Shown piece by piece: positions 1 through 13,300 of a stretch of 64,000 nt of DNA. Numbering within the stretch: the first letter of the stretch is position 1; every line of letters begins with the position of its first letter. This DNA is from Hydrolagus colliei. Its lineage: Eukaryota. Position numbers and translations under genes: made by a program. The stretch spans positions 5,208,001 to 5,272,000 of the forward strand of contig CM068745.1 in the NCBI GenBank assembly GCA_035084275.1. The letters are read 5' to 3'. The notes beneath the pieces are model-generated. The model was given only the letters and a program-made list of their open reading frames with translations. It was not told where the DNA came from and did no database searches.

Positions 1-927
1 TTATGAGACATTGATCTGTGCAAATAGGCTGCCAAATTTCCTATAAATAGACAGTTCCTGCATTTTACATTGTATCCCACAACGCACTATGAGACACCCT
101 CCTGACGTGAATAATCCTTACACTAAATGCAAGGATTATTATTATTATTACTAAGAATACACAGTCACTACAACTTACAGTAAATCCTGCAAATCCACAA
201 TTATTTGAGGTGTCTCGATGACATGAAAGGTACATCAAATGCAAAGATTATTATTAAAATAAAATGAAGATCTCAAATTCAATAAAATGGCAGGACCTGA
301 AAATAAATAACAACAACAACAACAAAATTGCATTTATAGAGCGTCTTTCACGTCGGGAGGACGTCCCATATAAACCACTTACCTGGAAGGGTACATTGCC
401 ATCTGATGGTCTATTAGGAAAAAATACTGTAGATTTCACCCCGATCTCTAACTCACTCCATAAAAATTAAAAAAAATTGGTCACTTCAATCCACAACTAT
501 TTGAGGGACACTGCTGTGTGCAGTGTCCCTCATTTCGCCCACAAATGTATAGTCAATACACTACAGTATATTCTGTGAAGCGCTTTCAGCTGTCTAGAAG
601 ATGCGAAAAATGCTTTATCAAATGCATGCATTATTTTGATTTATAAGTAAACAATAAAAATAGTGTAAAATGAGAATTCCTAGAGATATATCTAAATATC
701 TTCTGGAACTCACACAAGTGAGTTTCAACACCAACTTTGATTTATATAGCGCCCTCCACGCCAGACGGTGTCTCAGAGCACTTTCAATTTAAAGTTAACA
801 TTTACATCTAAGTTTGTGGTTTAGACATTGGAACTATCTTTCCTTGCAAAATGTGCCAGAAGCAAAAGTTCTAAGTATACACTGGAAACTCGCCCTTCCC
901 ACACCCTCACATAAACTCAGTCTAATT

Positions 928-1155
928 ACGCCTAATAATAATCCCTCCAAAAAAACACAATAATAAAATTGGTCATTTCAATCCACGACTGTGTGTGGGA
1001 CACTGCTGTGCGCAATTGGCTGCCGCGATTCGCCCACAAATATATACAGTCAATTCACTTTACAGTATATTCTGTGAAGCGCTTTGGGACGTCGATAAGA
1101 TGTGGAAAGCGCTATATCAAATGCAAGGATTATTATAATTATTATTATTATTATT
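928..1155 (+). mobile_element. 5'-truncated SINE copy; similar halves at 470-640, 4249-4450(-), 20972-21144, 29660-29790, 43550-43720(-), 62140-62245, 62725-62880(-)
   Basis: Near-identical to the 3' half of the full-length SINEs. Confidence 0.9.
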
Positions 1156-4047
1156 ACCCTCACTGCCTCCAGCCACACTGGAATCAGTCCACAAAGCAAT
1201 GCACTGCACCATTCAACCTATTGTTGTGACCTCTTTACGCAATTAATTTCACCTAAACTCATGATTTTCTTCATTGTTCATGAGTTATATGTGGGATATG
1301 AATCCTCATGCCGTGGGTCTCTACAACACATTATTTATATCTCTGAGCCAATTATTGTACAATGCAACACAACTTTGGCTCCTGATTATCACCAGCTAAT
1401 TGATGCTTTTAGACAGGACTTTCTCGATTGGTGATTCTGTTTGTCACTGTAACAGTTGTACTTATTTCCATTAGAAAATCCGGCTTCTGATGCAAAATAA
1501 TGGTCTGAAGAAGGGTGATAGTAATGGAAAACGACCATATGACTGGCATATGTAATAAACTGGTTTGGGGCTGGATAATCAAATTGGAGAACAAGAAAGA
1601 GACATCAGTTTCCTTGTTGTGTTCACTTTGTTCATCAGATAAAATAACAATGCCATGTCTCTGCATCATTAGTCATCTGGACTGCTTCCCTTCCATTAGG
1701 ACATTTTGTTCATACAGAACAAAGCAGATCGTGGTGTGAAAAAAATACAAGCCATACGGATATCCCCACCCCCCAGCTTCCCTGGATACACCAGCAATAA
1801 TCCACACACTCCACCATTACCATAGGGTGTCTTGGTGATCTAATCAGGTATAAGGACAGCCCATCCCAAAGATCAGATAGAAGGGGTTCCTAAGACATTA
1901 TGTGGGTAGGATGGAAGATTTGGAAGAGCATAATAAACATTCTTGCACTTGATAGCGCCCTGAGACGCCGTCCGGCGTGGAGGGCGCTATATAAATCAAA
2001 GTTGTTGTTGTTGTTGATATAACATCATATATTTGAAATGTTTCAGCGCCTTGGGACGTCCTCCTGACGTGAAAGACACCCTACGAGTGTAATTTTGTTG
2101 CTGTTGTTTTAAGATATTTCACAGGTTTTACTTTACAATCCATTCCAACAGTCTATCTCTGGAATTCCCATTTGCAACCAACTCAGATTCCTAATTATGG
2201 ATTGAATGCGTGAACAATAATACTAGTAATCTTTGCATTTGATATTACGCTTTTCACATCTTCTAGACGACAAAGCGTTTCACGGAATTTACTGTAAAGT
2301 CAATTGACTGTATATTTTGGGGCAAAATTTGGCAGCCAATTGCGCATAGCAGTGTCCCACAAACAATCTTGGATTGAAATAACCAATTTATTATTGTCTT
2401 TTTTGAGAGATTATTATCAGGGGTGTGGAGTAAGCTAACATGCCCAAGATTTCACCCTGCCTGGAATTGAATCCAGGTCTCTCACTTGCAAGGTGAGTGC
2501 TCTAACCACTGAGCTACAGGACTCCAGAGCAACAATAAATATTGTGTCATTCAAGCATTGTGATACTCTACGCCAAGTGTTTGGTTAGGTGGCATTTCTA
2601 ATATACATGAACCACTAATCACATAACATTGAGAGGCTGGAGGGGTGGGGTGGAGGGGAAGAGTACCACCAAACAGTTTAACAGTGTTATACATCAGAAG
2701 GTTTTATACCACCAACCTTTTGATTAAAAAATGAATTACATTATGTAACTCGCAAAGAAAACCTTTTTGTCTGCGAGGATTGTTGCTGCCAACGGATATA
2801 AAAGTCCCAATTTGGAAAATTATACCTTATCATACAAGTTTGAATAGCAGCAGAGAAACAAGTTCCTTCACAGTGGAATTTTAGGCCAAATGTACAGTAT
2901 ATCATATTTTGCAGAAACCTTGTTTGTGAAGATTCTCTTAAAGATTTGTAAATATGGCTTAAAAACACTTCACAGCAACCGGTTGGTTCCCAGCAATGTC
3001 CGACAAGCAACTTGGAGTTTGAAACCGTAACTTTCTGACTCAGAGGTGAGAGTGCTAACAACTGAACCAGGCTGACAGCTGTTTACTAGATCCCAATTTT
3101 GTTATGCATTATCAATAATCCTACACAAACTAAAGTTTCAAAAACAAGCCAAGGTTCAGCAATAATTAATAAGTGATGTTAATTATCCAAATAAATATTG
3201 TCCCCATATTCCTATGTATCGTTGCCAGCAAATCATATACATTTATCATCCAATCACCCTATCAGGGACAAAAGCATATACAGTATTAACAAATTTATTG
3301 TTCAATTACTGCTATCTGATGTCTTTTGAAGGACTGTATGTAGATGAGGAAGGGTTTGGCTGATCCAAAGTTCCTAATGCAACGATAGTATGAAGTGTGA
3401 CAGGCCGAATGACAATAACCTCTTCCTGCATTTTTAATTTTCCTGAAAATATCAGCTCTTGAGAAATTGCCACGATATTAGCTGTTTGAAGCATCACACA
3501 ATGTGTCAGAGGACACTGCAAAACACTCCCACTCAAGGACACGGAAACCTCTCTGATATATTTGCCTGCTTAGATACATTACTGACTTATTTTGCAGACT
3601 GTAAATTCTTCAAGACTTACGCAATCCATCCTAGTTAGATCCACAGTGTGTTACAGAGTGTAATTGATTCTATTAAATACAATGAATGACCTTGGAAGAT
3701 AAAAACAATTACAATTCTGTTGCAAGAGAATAAAATATCATATGAAATGAGTATGGTCATTGCAGCTGCTCAGACTGTGACTGGCCAGCAGGTGCTTCTC
3801 AGACAACAACAACAACAACAACAACTTTGATTTATATAGTGCTTTTGCTGTCTAACATTGTTTGGAGAGATTATTGCTGAGACAAATAACAATGCCTTAA
3901 ATATTTATTAGAAATTCTTGCACATTACTGTATTTTACCAAATTTTATTTTCAGATGAACTTCGATGTTTGACTGCCTGAATATTACAAGAGAGATTCAG
4001 GTGAAGAAGGGTCTGTTCGATGTAACCTGAAATACACATCCTTCCAT

Positions 4048-4650
4048 CACAGAACATAAGAATAGGCAGAAGAAAACCAGCATCCATCCAGTTCACCTAC
4101 CACCACCCTGGCAGTCGCAAGTCAATGTCCCAAACTACATACTGTATCCCAAGATATTATTTCCTAACAGAAATCTATCAAATTTACTTTTGAAAGAATC
4201 AATACTTTATGCTTCCACCGTCTTCCTAGGGCACCTGTTCTATATGTTTAATAATAATAATAATAATAATCCTTGCATTTGATATTGCGCTTTTCACATC
4301 TTATCGAAGCCTCAAAGCGCTTCACAGAATATACTGTAAAGTGAATTGACTGTATATTTGTGGGCGAATCGCGGCAGCCAATTGCGCACAGCAGCGTCCC
4401 CCACACAGTCGTGGATTGAAATGACCAATTTTATTATTGTGGTTTTATTATTAGTTTACTAATTGCTGTAGTTGTGTTTCCTCAGATTGTTGTTCTGAAT
4501 TTATTCCATCAATCACAGGCTGTGTCCTCTGCTTCTACTGCTCAGGACAAGATACAACACTTTATCCTGATTTACATCACCTGGTCCCTTGAGAATCGTA
4601 AAGACAGTAATCATATCACCCTCAACCTTCTCTTCTCCAGCGTGAACATC
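4048..4650 (-). mobile_element. Degraded CR1-type LINE 3' fragment interrupted by a SINE 3' half (~4249-4450)
   Basis: agaacataagaa tail and atcaccctcaaccttctcttctccag (reverse of the LEKRRLRGD region). Confidence 0.6.
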
Positions 4651-7600
4651 AAACTAAACGACCAGCTACAGTTGCCTACTTGTGAAGCTGCTTTTGAGAT
4701 GTCCTCAATGACCCTTTTGGTAAGCCATTTGAGTAGTCACCTTCTGGGTTCACATTTCCAGTCTCGTTTAGAATTTCTCAGAGACTCCAAGTATTGAAAA
4801 GGCAGCAATGCCTTGAAAAGAAAGGTAAGTGAAAAATACTGTTATTCCAATAACTGCTCAGACAGAAGTGAGATGCTTCTGCCTACAGGTACCTTTAAAA
4901 TAAATCTACATCCAGTGGAACGCCAGAGGGCAAATTTAAAGCATTAGCTCTGCTCTCAGACTTTAAGCTTCTCATTATGTAACTGTATTTTCTATGCTAA
5001 AATATGAATCCAATTTTGTACATTCAGATGAAAATTTTAATCACATCATGTTGAAAGCAGAGTGGTATTGTATAAAATAATGTTCATGCAATTGTCTTCG
5101 GTTCTTTCTGTTGGCAAATTTGCTTCTTTCCATCCCGTGAAAGATAAAGATGCTGTATGTTGACTCTTCTGTTTCCTTTCTATTATACTTGTATAAATTT
5201 TCCATTCTTCATTCATTGCACCGCACATTCTGTTGTATTACTGCAAATAACCCCGAGCAGCTCTCTGCTTTCCTACTGTTGTCATCTTCAGTTTTTCTAA
5301 AACTTGCATGGTTGTGGAAAATAATAATAGTTGCTTTTTATCATTCTTCTGCCAGCAATATTGTCCAATATATTCATCTTTATTCATTACTTTGATCGAT
5401 TATTTGTTGGATAAAGCGTTGATGTTTTCAAACATTATCCGTAAATGTCTTTGTGACATATTTTGGTGATAGTGAAACAACGCTGAGTTTCCCTCTCTCC
5501 TCCGTCCTGGTTGCCAATCCCCCCCCAATAAAGTTGGTGGTTAACCTCAGAGCTGTTTCATCGCTGTGCACAAATTGGCTGCGACATTGGATCATAAAAC
5601 ACGCAGTCATTATACCTTAAAGTGATTTTTATGAGGCGCCCTCCAATGTGAAAGGCTCTATACCAATGAAATTTTATACTTTTTGTTTTGTGTAACAGCA
5701 CTGCCCTCTGTTTATCTGAAGTTGAGAAGGTACTGAATGTGAGTGACCGAAATATAAAGCCAATAAGTCAAATATGAGAGAGCAAAGAGCAACAGGAAAA
5801 TCCTCCTCCGTCACTGCTGGACACACAATTAGTTGGTTCATGGTTGAAGGGAAAATACAGCTTTAGAGGTAACTTAGTGCTTAAAATAAACATGTTTGGC
5901 TCTAATTTATGTGGAATAATAACAGAGGAGAACAGAAGTGCTATTTTAGAAACAGAACCACTGCCTGGTTAGAGGATCTAATTGAATACAGAATTCTATG
6001 AATAATGAGGCACATTAAAGCTGCTGATCCCTGGTGCAAGATGGGTGAGGGAATGACTGGGGTGATTTGCTTGAAAAGAGTTGTCTCCAAGAAGACCATA
6101 GAGAGAGATGTGTAAATGGGAAACAGAAAATAAACCCAGAATACCTTCAGATATGGGACAGCGGGACAAGAGAACACAGAGCCCAGTGTTGCAAATAGCA
6201 ATTTTAGAACAGACAGAAAGAAGCATTTGTCCAGAGGATAAATGATAGCTGGCATCAGTTATTAGGAAGTATGGTAGGCCACTGAATTCAATTATGAAAT
6301 AGTTGGATACTGTAATGGGAAGACGGAACGATTGTCATTCTAAAATTAAATTAGCCAAAGGGCCTTCTTCATTCGAACCTCTCTTGTGATATCTTACATC
6401 CCAGGATGCGTTGGGAAGGAAAGGCTGCCCCTGGCTAGGGATCTGTATGAAACCCGGCAGATCCTTTAGAGGTGAAACTCAAAATAAAAGTCATTTCTTT
6501 GGCCAAAACTTTTTTCCACATGGAATGAAAGCATGAGATGACAACATATGGCGTAACGTGGTGAGTGCAGTAAACTAAGTGCTGTACCTTATTTGTCTCT
6601 CCCAAAAGAGAAGATGAAATATGATTTAAGGCACTGGTATCTATTTCTACTTGCTCTGCCCAACTCCCAAATGGTGCTGTAAAACAATCTCCGCTCTGAC
6701 ATGTTTTCCAACCTCACAGCTGCATTGTACTGCTATAGCATCAATGCTAGCAATATAAAATAGGCCTTTCGGCTTGGTAAACAAAAATAATACATATCTA
6801 ATTGTTTCTCAATAACATAGCAGAAAGGTATCTCCATGTTCAGGTTGCAATGTTATTTTTCAGTCTCGTTCACTCATGTCTTGCCCACAGGAAGTATTTC
6901 AAAGGAAAACATCAGAGATTTCACAACGTTTGAACCCATGTTAACTGGTGTCTGACAAGCGCATCAAAAAGAGCTTGTTTTCATGTTTTTACAATACTCA
7001 GGAGATGGGTAGTTTTACAATAAACTAGGCAGGGTGATGCGAATGTAAAGTACAGTACTCTCCTTTTCAGAACCCAGTCTTGAAATTCAAATGGGAATCA
7101 GTGAATGAGCAGTAACACAATAATTAAAATCGATTGCTACTCAGTAGTCAAAGTGGAGTTATTCCTGGTGATGCTACATATGATTAATTATATTTTACAT
7201 GCAAACACTTGTTTTCACGCTGTTTCCAATTAACATTTATGAAAAGGTGAGTGGGATTTTAATGGGAGGTGCGACGCTTCTCACCTCTTCAAAGTACATG
7301 AACAATTTTTTGTTAACGCTTTCGAACTAAGTGACCTCTGCTTCTCTCCTAACTCTGATGGTGTGAATCCCTATTTCAAAGGTGACTCAACCAAGTCAGA
7401 GTCATATACAAATGTGCATTCCCATTTAACTCCAATGCCTGGTACCTGTAATGTGTAATCGGAGCTGTCGCTAGGTACGTGCAATCCATGCAGTTGCCTA
7501 GAGCCCTGAGACGTTGAGGCTCTGCTATCATGAAAACCCATCGAAATGGCCTCTCCACCAACTTCACTTGCTGGGGGAGTTGGGCGATCACCATGATGGA

Positions 7601-8739
7601 CTCCTCACTGCAGCCAATCCAAGGGCTCACACCTGCTGCCCTCCAGCACACTGTTTGGGGACATCGCAAGGGCTGATGGAGTCCTGTTACTTCACAGATT
7701 TGATGTGATCACATCTTTATAATCTAATCTTTTGCCTACAAAACCTACAGCCGCTGCACCTCACTATATATTCGATAAAGCATTTTGAGACGTCTTAAAA
7801 ACATGATAAGACGCTATCAACAACAACAACAAAATTACACTTGTATAGCTCCTTTCACGTCATCCAAAGCAAGGATTATTTTTATTATTATGCATCAAGT
7901 CTTTATTTGAAATGTCACCTTTTTCCTTTTTTTTATATCTTCCTTCAGAAAACAGTTCCGCTAAAAAAAGTTCATCGACCCGGGTGTTCCGTTTTGATTA
8001 TTGTTGACTTACCTCTAATTTATTTGTGTTATTTGTCACATTTATTAAATCTGCAATATTGCCCTTGAACACATAAATTGCAGCAATTTTATGGATGAAA
8101 TGAATTTGAGTGCTTTAACTTGATAATTCAGGATTATTGAATTAAAATTACATGAAGGATTATTATTAATCTCATTTACTTGCCGAAAACTTGTAAGAGG
8201 TTAATAGAAAATTTACAAACCTGTGGATCCCTGATTGTCCAGCATCTTGGAAACATCCCCCTGACATCGAAAGCGCTATATAAATGTTAGTTGTTGCATT
8301 AATTCTGGGTCTAGATTTTCTCTATTTATGCAGCATTTCAGATCATCCGGAATTTGGCAAATTCTTAAATTACAGACTTGGTTTTGAAGCTGCATCCAAA
8401 CCGATCTTGTAATTTTTAAAGCTCTTTTGAAGAACTATAGTAAACCGGCTTCCACGTTGTGGAAGAATTATGTTAAGAACACAAGTCTAAAACATTTCGT
8501 TGAAAGCATTCTGCTGTGCCAAACGAGTTGCGTGTTCTCACTTAATGTGTTCCTCCACAAGACTAAAACCTGGTCTGTGTTCTAACTTTATCTTAGTCAT
8601 ATTTGAATGCTTTCCGCCATCAAATTGGAACAAGACACCGCTCGTTAACACGGGGCAAGTGGCTCGATTCTAGCTGTTGAAGTGGCAAATCAGCCACTTG
8701 TTAAGAGTGAGGACTCGGTGGATCAGAAAATAGAAACAA

Positions 8740-8760
8740 TTTGGTTCCATGGTAACCAAA
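8740..8760. promoter_or_regulatory. Candidate RFX X-box
   Basis: GTTCCATGGTAAC (8744-8756) inside the near-palindrome TTTGGTTCCATGGTAACCAAA. Confidence 0.45.
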
Positions 8761-9165
8761 CCAAGTCACTGCCCCCCAGTGATTTCACGTCTACTCGTCC
8801 AAAAATAAGATGCCATCATTTTTGTGGCAGGGCTAATTATATTCATTGGCCTTAGGTGTGGCATTAATGCTCTTCCGAATTAAATGTTCTCTCATTATTG
8901 TCAGTGCTGGGATTTAGTACTTCATTGCTAAGGTATCATAAATAAGTATAGATGGGAGGGCCAGAGACCTATAATTATGTGATGAGCAGCACAGGCACAT
9001 ATATTTCAGTTGAACTATTTTAGAGGAAATTAGCGAACCATAGATTTTTCCTCTGGAAAGAAATGAAAGCCCACAGGCACTGATCTGTAGCATGGAAATC
9101 TATAAAGATTTACAAAGAACATACAGCCCAGACAACTTAGCCCAACGCGTCCATGGCAGTGTTTA

Positions 9166-9792
9166 CCGTATATCTCCGCGTATAAGGCGCACTTTTTTTC
9201 AGGACGGAAGATCTCGAAAGTTGGGGGTGTGCCCTATACGCAGGTACAAGAAATGTTGAGCCTCGGAAATACAGTAAACAGGGGGGGCGGCCGGCGCGCT
9301 GTCAGCCGGGGTTTGGTCAGTGTCCGCGGGGGTTGGGGGGAGCGGGTGACGGGGCTTCGGCCTCGGCCGCCCGGGCAGCGGCAGCAGCAGCGGACTTCAG
9401 TGCTGTGCTTACCTTCTGCCGAACCCAGTCTGCCTGCCTCACTCCCTGCCGCTCTCTCTCCCTGCCTGCCTGCCTGCCTCTCCCTCCCTCCCTCCCTCCC
9501 TGCCTGCGTGCCGGCCTGCCTCTCTCCCCCTCTCTCTCCCGGGCTGCCTGCCTGCCTCTCTCCCTCCCTCCCTCCCTGCCTGCGTGCCGGCCTGCCTCTC
9601 TCCCCCTCTCTCTCCCTGCCTCCCTCTCTCCCTCCCTGGCTGCCTGCCTGCCTGCCTCTCTCCCTCCCTACCTACCTGTCTCTCCTGTCTCTCCTCCCTT
9701 CTGCCGGCAATATCATTGAAAATGCTTCCAGTTTTTTATCACCAAGAAAAAGTCAAAAACGGGGGGTGCGCCTTATACGCGGAGATATACGG
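9166..9792. mobile_element. Tc1/mariner-superfamily Tc2/pogo-like MITE
   Basis: Perfect 27-bp TIRs CCGTATATCTCCGCGTATAAGGCGCAC (9166-9192 / 9766-9792); TA on the left, TG on the right; internal partial TIR copy near 9226-9242; internal CCTG/CCCT tandem tract at 9428-9700. Confidence 0.9.
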
Positions 9793-10381
9793 TGTATAAA
9801 AACCTTCACGCATTCCTTACTTCCTCTCATAACCTTCCAGTCCCCCCTTCCTTATGTTATAAATAGCTAAAATAATAATCCTTGCGTTTGATGTAGCGCC
9901 TTTTATGTCAAGTACATTACAAGATTTGCTGTAAAGTGTGGCAACCGTGCTTGCGTTCAACCGTGTAAAGTATATTTTAAAAACACCAATCAAATTAAAA
10001 GCGGATTTGCCTACTATTATGCTGTCACGATCACAGTAAAAATCGTGTGAAGCGCTTTTGTGATGTCTTAACAGCGTGATACGGTGCTGTAAATGGTGAG
10101 TCCATTTGCTGTCACACTTTTCCCTTAACAAGATGCTACTGTCTTCATGGTTCATGGAGTGAACTCCTTATGATCATTTAATGATATAGCGCAATGCGCG
10201 TGTAAATTGTACAATTGCATTGTATAATTCGTTTCCCCCGTGTTATTTTTGCGACTGTTAATCTACCTGCCGATCCACCTCCCGATAGAGAATATACCGA
10301 AAATATTGTGTTTGTTTGAAAAAATGAGATAACCGATAACACTGAATATCAAACCATTCAATTTCAAGTTGTAAAGTAATA

Positions 10382-10398
10382 TTGCCCTCTGGTGGACA
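10382..10398 (-). promoter_or_regulatory. Candidate CTCF site
   Basis: Minus strand reads TGTCCACCAGAGGGCAA, close to the CCASYAGRKGGC core; binding not demonstrable from sequence. Confidence 0.55.
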
Positions 10399-13300
10399 AC
10401 TCTGGTAACCTCCACTGATCAATGTGAATGAAAGAGAATCTTGCAATGAAACATTAAATTTGTTGTTCCACTGGTTTCCAAATTTCCTCCATCTGTAGAT
10501 TTTCTTTTGGCCTCTAGTTCACTTGTTACTAAAGTAAGTGTGAAGAGCATTATATAAATGTAAGTTGTTGCTTTCATTCAATGTCCTTCAACAGCTATTA
10601 AGTGAAAGGCCAATTTGATTTGATCTCAAATTGCTTCACAGAATACACTGTATTGTAAAGTGGATTGACTGTATATTTTTGGCAAAAGATTTGGGTAAAC
10701 TTCCTCTTCTTCTAGATGTCTCAAAGTACGTCACAGGATATACAGTAAAGTGAAATGACTGTGTGTTTGTGGACGAAACGCGATAGCCAATTAATTGCTC
10801 ACAGCAGTGTCACAAACAGTCAAGGATAGAAATGACCAATTTATTACATTTTTTGTTGAGGGATTATTATATTATTAGGCGTGTGGAGTAGGGAAACTTG
10901 CCCAAGATATCACCTTGCCTGGAATTGAACCGAGGTCTCTCACTTGTGAAGCGAGTGCTTTACCCATTGGGCCACAGGACTCCACTGGGCTAAAGGACTT
11001 CAGTATGTTTGTAAAGACTAAAACGAGGTTTCAAGTATTGAGCGTTTTGAAGTCAAAATCCAAATGAAATTACTATATATCCTTAAACAAAATGAACTGG
11101 CCTAATTTTGTTTACAGATTAATTAAAAGAAATGCTACACTCATATCCCATTAACTCAAACTGTGATGGTTGTACAGCAAACTGATTAAAGTTCACTCCC
11201 TGTGGTTTTGGTTACTGTAGTTGAATTCCTCTGGAAACAGCGCAGCTGTTATTTCTGAATATATTCAGTTACTTTATCCAAATGGTTTGGAATGTTTCAG
11301 TCTGATCACTGCAACAGCAAAGTAACTGAAAAGTGCGGGTTTATTTGCTTGAAAAATGTCTTGCAATAGATTTATATAGAATTTCTGCGTAAATTCCATT
11401 ACCAGCAACAAAATAATGGAATACAGAATCTAATCAGCTGCAAGCTCAACGTTTGATAGACCCTGGCCTGAAAGTTTAACAGCGGCTGAAGGATTTACTA
11501 GATGTGTTGTAATGTAAATTTAGAGATGTTATCCAGCTGGAGTAATAGATTCGCCTGCACATGTTTTGTGGGTTAATGTGGCAATTTGTGCACGCGTTGG
11601 CCACAACTCCTAATAAAATTTGCTGCTCACTTCACAGCTGTTGGTTCGTCTGCAAATAACAACAACAACTTTGATTTATACAGCGCCCTCCACACCGGAT
11701 GGCGTCTCAGAGCTCTTCAAAACAACTCATTACATTGGGCAAGTTTCCTTACTCCACATGCCTCTGTTTACCTCGCAGTAAATAAATAGGAACTCGGTTG
11801 GCGGATCACTTTTCCCGTGTTAATAATCCCTTCAAAAAAATAGTAATAATTTGGTCACTCGATCGACTTCTGTCTGTGGGACATTGCTGTGCACAATTGG
11901 CTGCCACACTTCGCCCACAAAATATACAGTGAATTAATTTTAGACTATATTCTGTGATGCCCCTCGAGAGATTTTGAAGGCATGGTAAGGCATTGTAAAT
12001 GAGTTAGGAGTTTATTATTTTACAGTAAATTGCTATGAAAGGCTTTAAGATGTTATCCCGACGTGATCAATGCTACGCCCCCCCAGTGCAAAGAGTATTG
12101 ATATTGAATTACTTTACAGAGTGTGAAATATGTGACAGGAAGACATTGGAGGCAAATTTGAAAGAAATTCGAAAGGAAACTCTTAGATTCTTGACAAAGT
12201 AAAACAAGTACGCTTTGCCTCCGCTGTGTCCCAATGAATCGACTTCAAGGTCCTCACTCTCACCTACAAATCCCTACTTAGCCCTTCCTTGTACCTTCCC
12301 AGCTCTGTGACCTTCTGTCATCTCACTGCTGCTTGTCCCGTCACTCAGCAAACTCGCTCTGAATTCCTTGGTCCCACTGCCCTACTGTGGATGGCCAAAT
12401 CTTCAGCTACAATGTCATCACCCTGTAAAATTAGCCCACTCAGTCCTGCCTCTGCCCCTCTACACCTCACTCCCACCCTCTGGACAGTGCCAACATTCAC
12501 CTCCCTTTCTCTCCACACTCCACAGTCAGCACTGTGAGACGTTACACCAGATGATGCAAAGGCCATTACATATATTGCTGTTAGATTGCTGAAGGGTTGA
12601 ATAGTTCTGGCAGTTCTTGAAACTTAATTTAAGAACTAATAAATTTTCCACAATGCTTCTAGTCTTGGTATATTCTTACGTAGCCACAAGGGAGAGACCA
12701 GCAAGGTTCCCAATATTTCCAAGTACCACATAGAAAACATGGATATGGCTTTGCAGCTCTCAACCAGCTTTTAAAAGATGCCGACATGCTGTTCGCAGAC
12801 TGCAGTGGAAAGGAAGTTTTTATTGCCTCCCGAGGAAAGAACCAAATCAGTTTCTCCAAATGGTGTAGGATAAGATTTGAAAGTAAATTGTGAGATTGTT
12901 AACCTAGCAGGGTATCGATATTACATGTGTTTGCCTGCAGAAGGAAAGGACAACATGCCATATGAGAGGCAGAGGAAAGAATTGACAATGGAAACAGTTG
13001 GAATACTAATCCTTCACGAGAACTACAGAGTCTGGGAAGCTGAATGTTACTCGTTGTTGAGAAAGCCACTGAAATGGATCCGAAGTGAAACGAAAAACTT
13101 TGAACTTCCCAGAGTCCGCAGTTCCTGTTTGGCTCTCCCGAGGGATGGATTTGCCAAAAACAGGTCAAGTGAACTCTGCAATTTCAAAATTAAAAAAGAA
13201 ATTTGCAAAACATGCGGTCGGGAAAATAATTGATAAAAAAACACGAGTGCGTGATCAGCAGTCAGAATTTTTGCAAACGTTTACAATCATCACTTGAAAT

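Noticed and set aside
9229-9870. 213-aa and overlapping ORFs rich in L/P/S/A/C
   Set aside because: Translation of the CCTG/CCCT tandem tract inside a MITE
12877-13233. 118-aa ORF in the downstream intergenic region
   Set aside because: Non-ATG start, no recognisable homology, length compatible with chance
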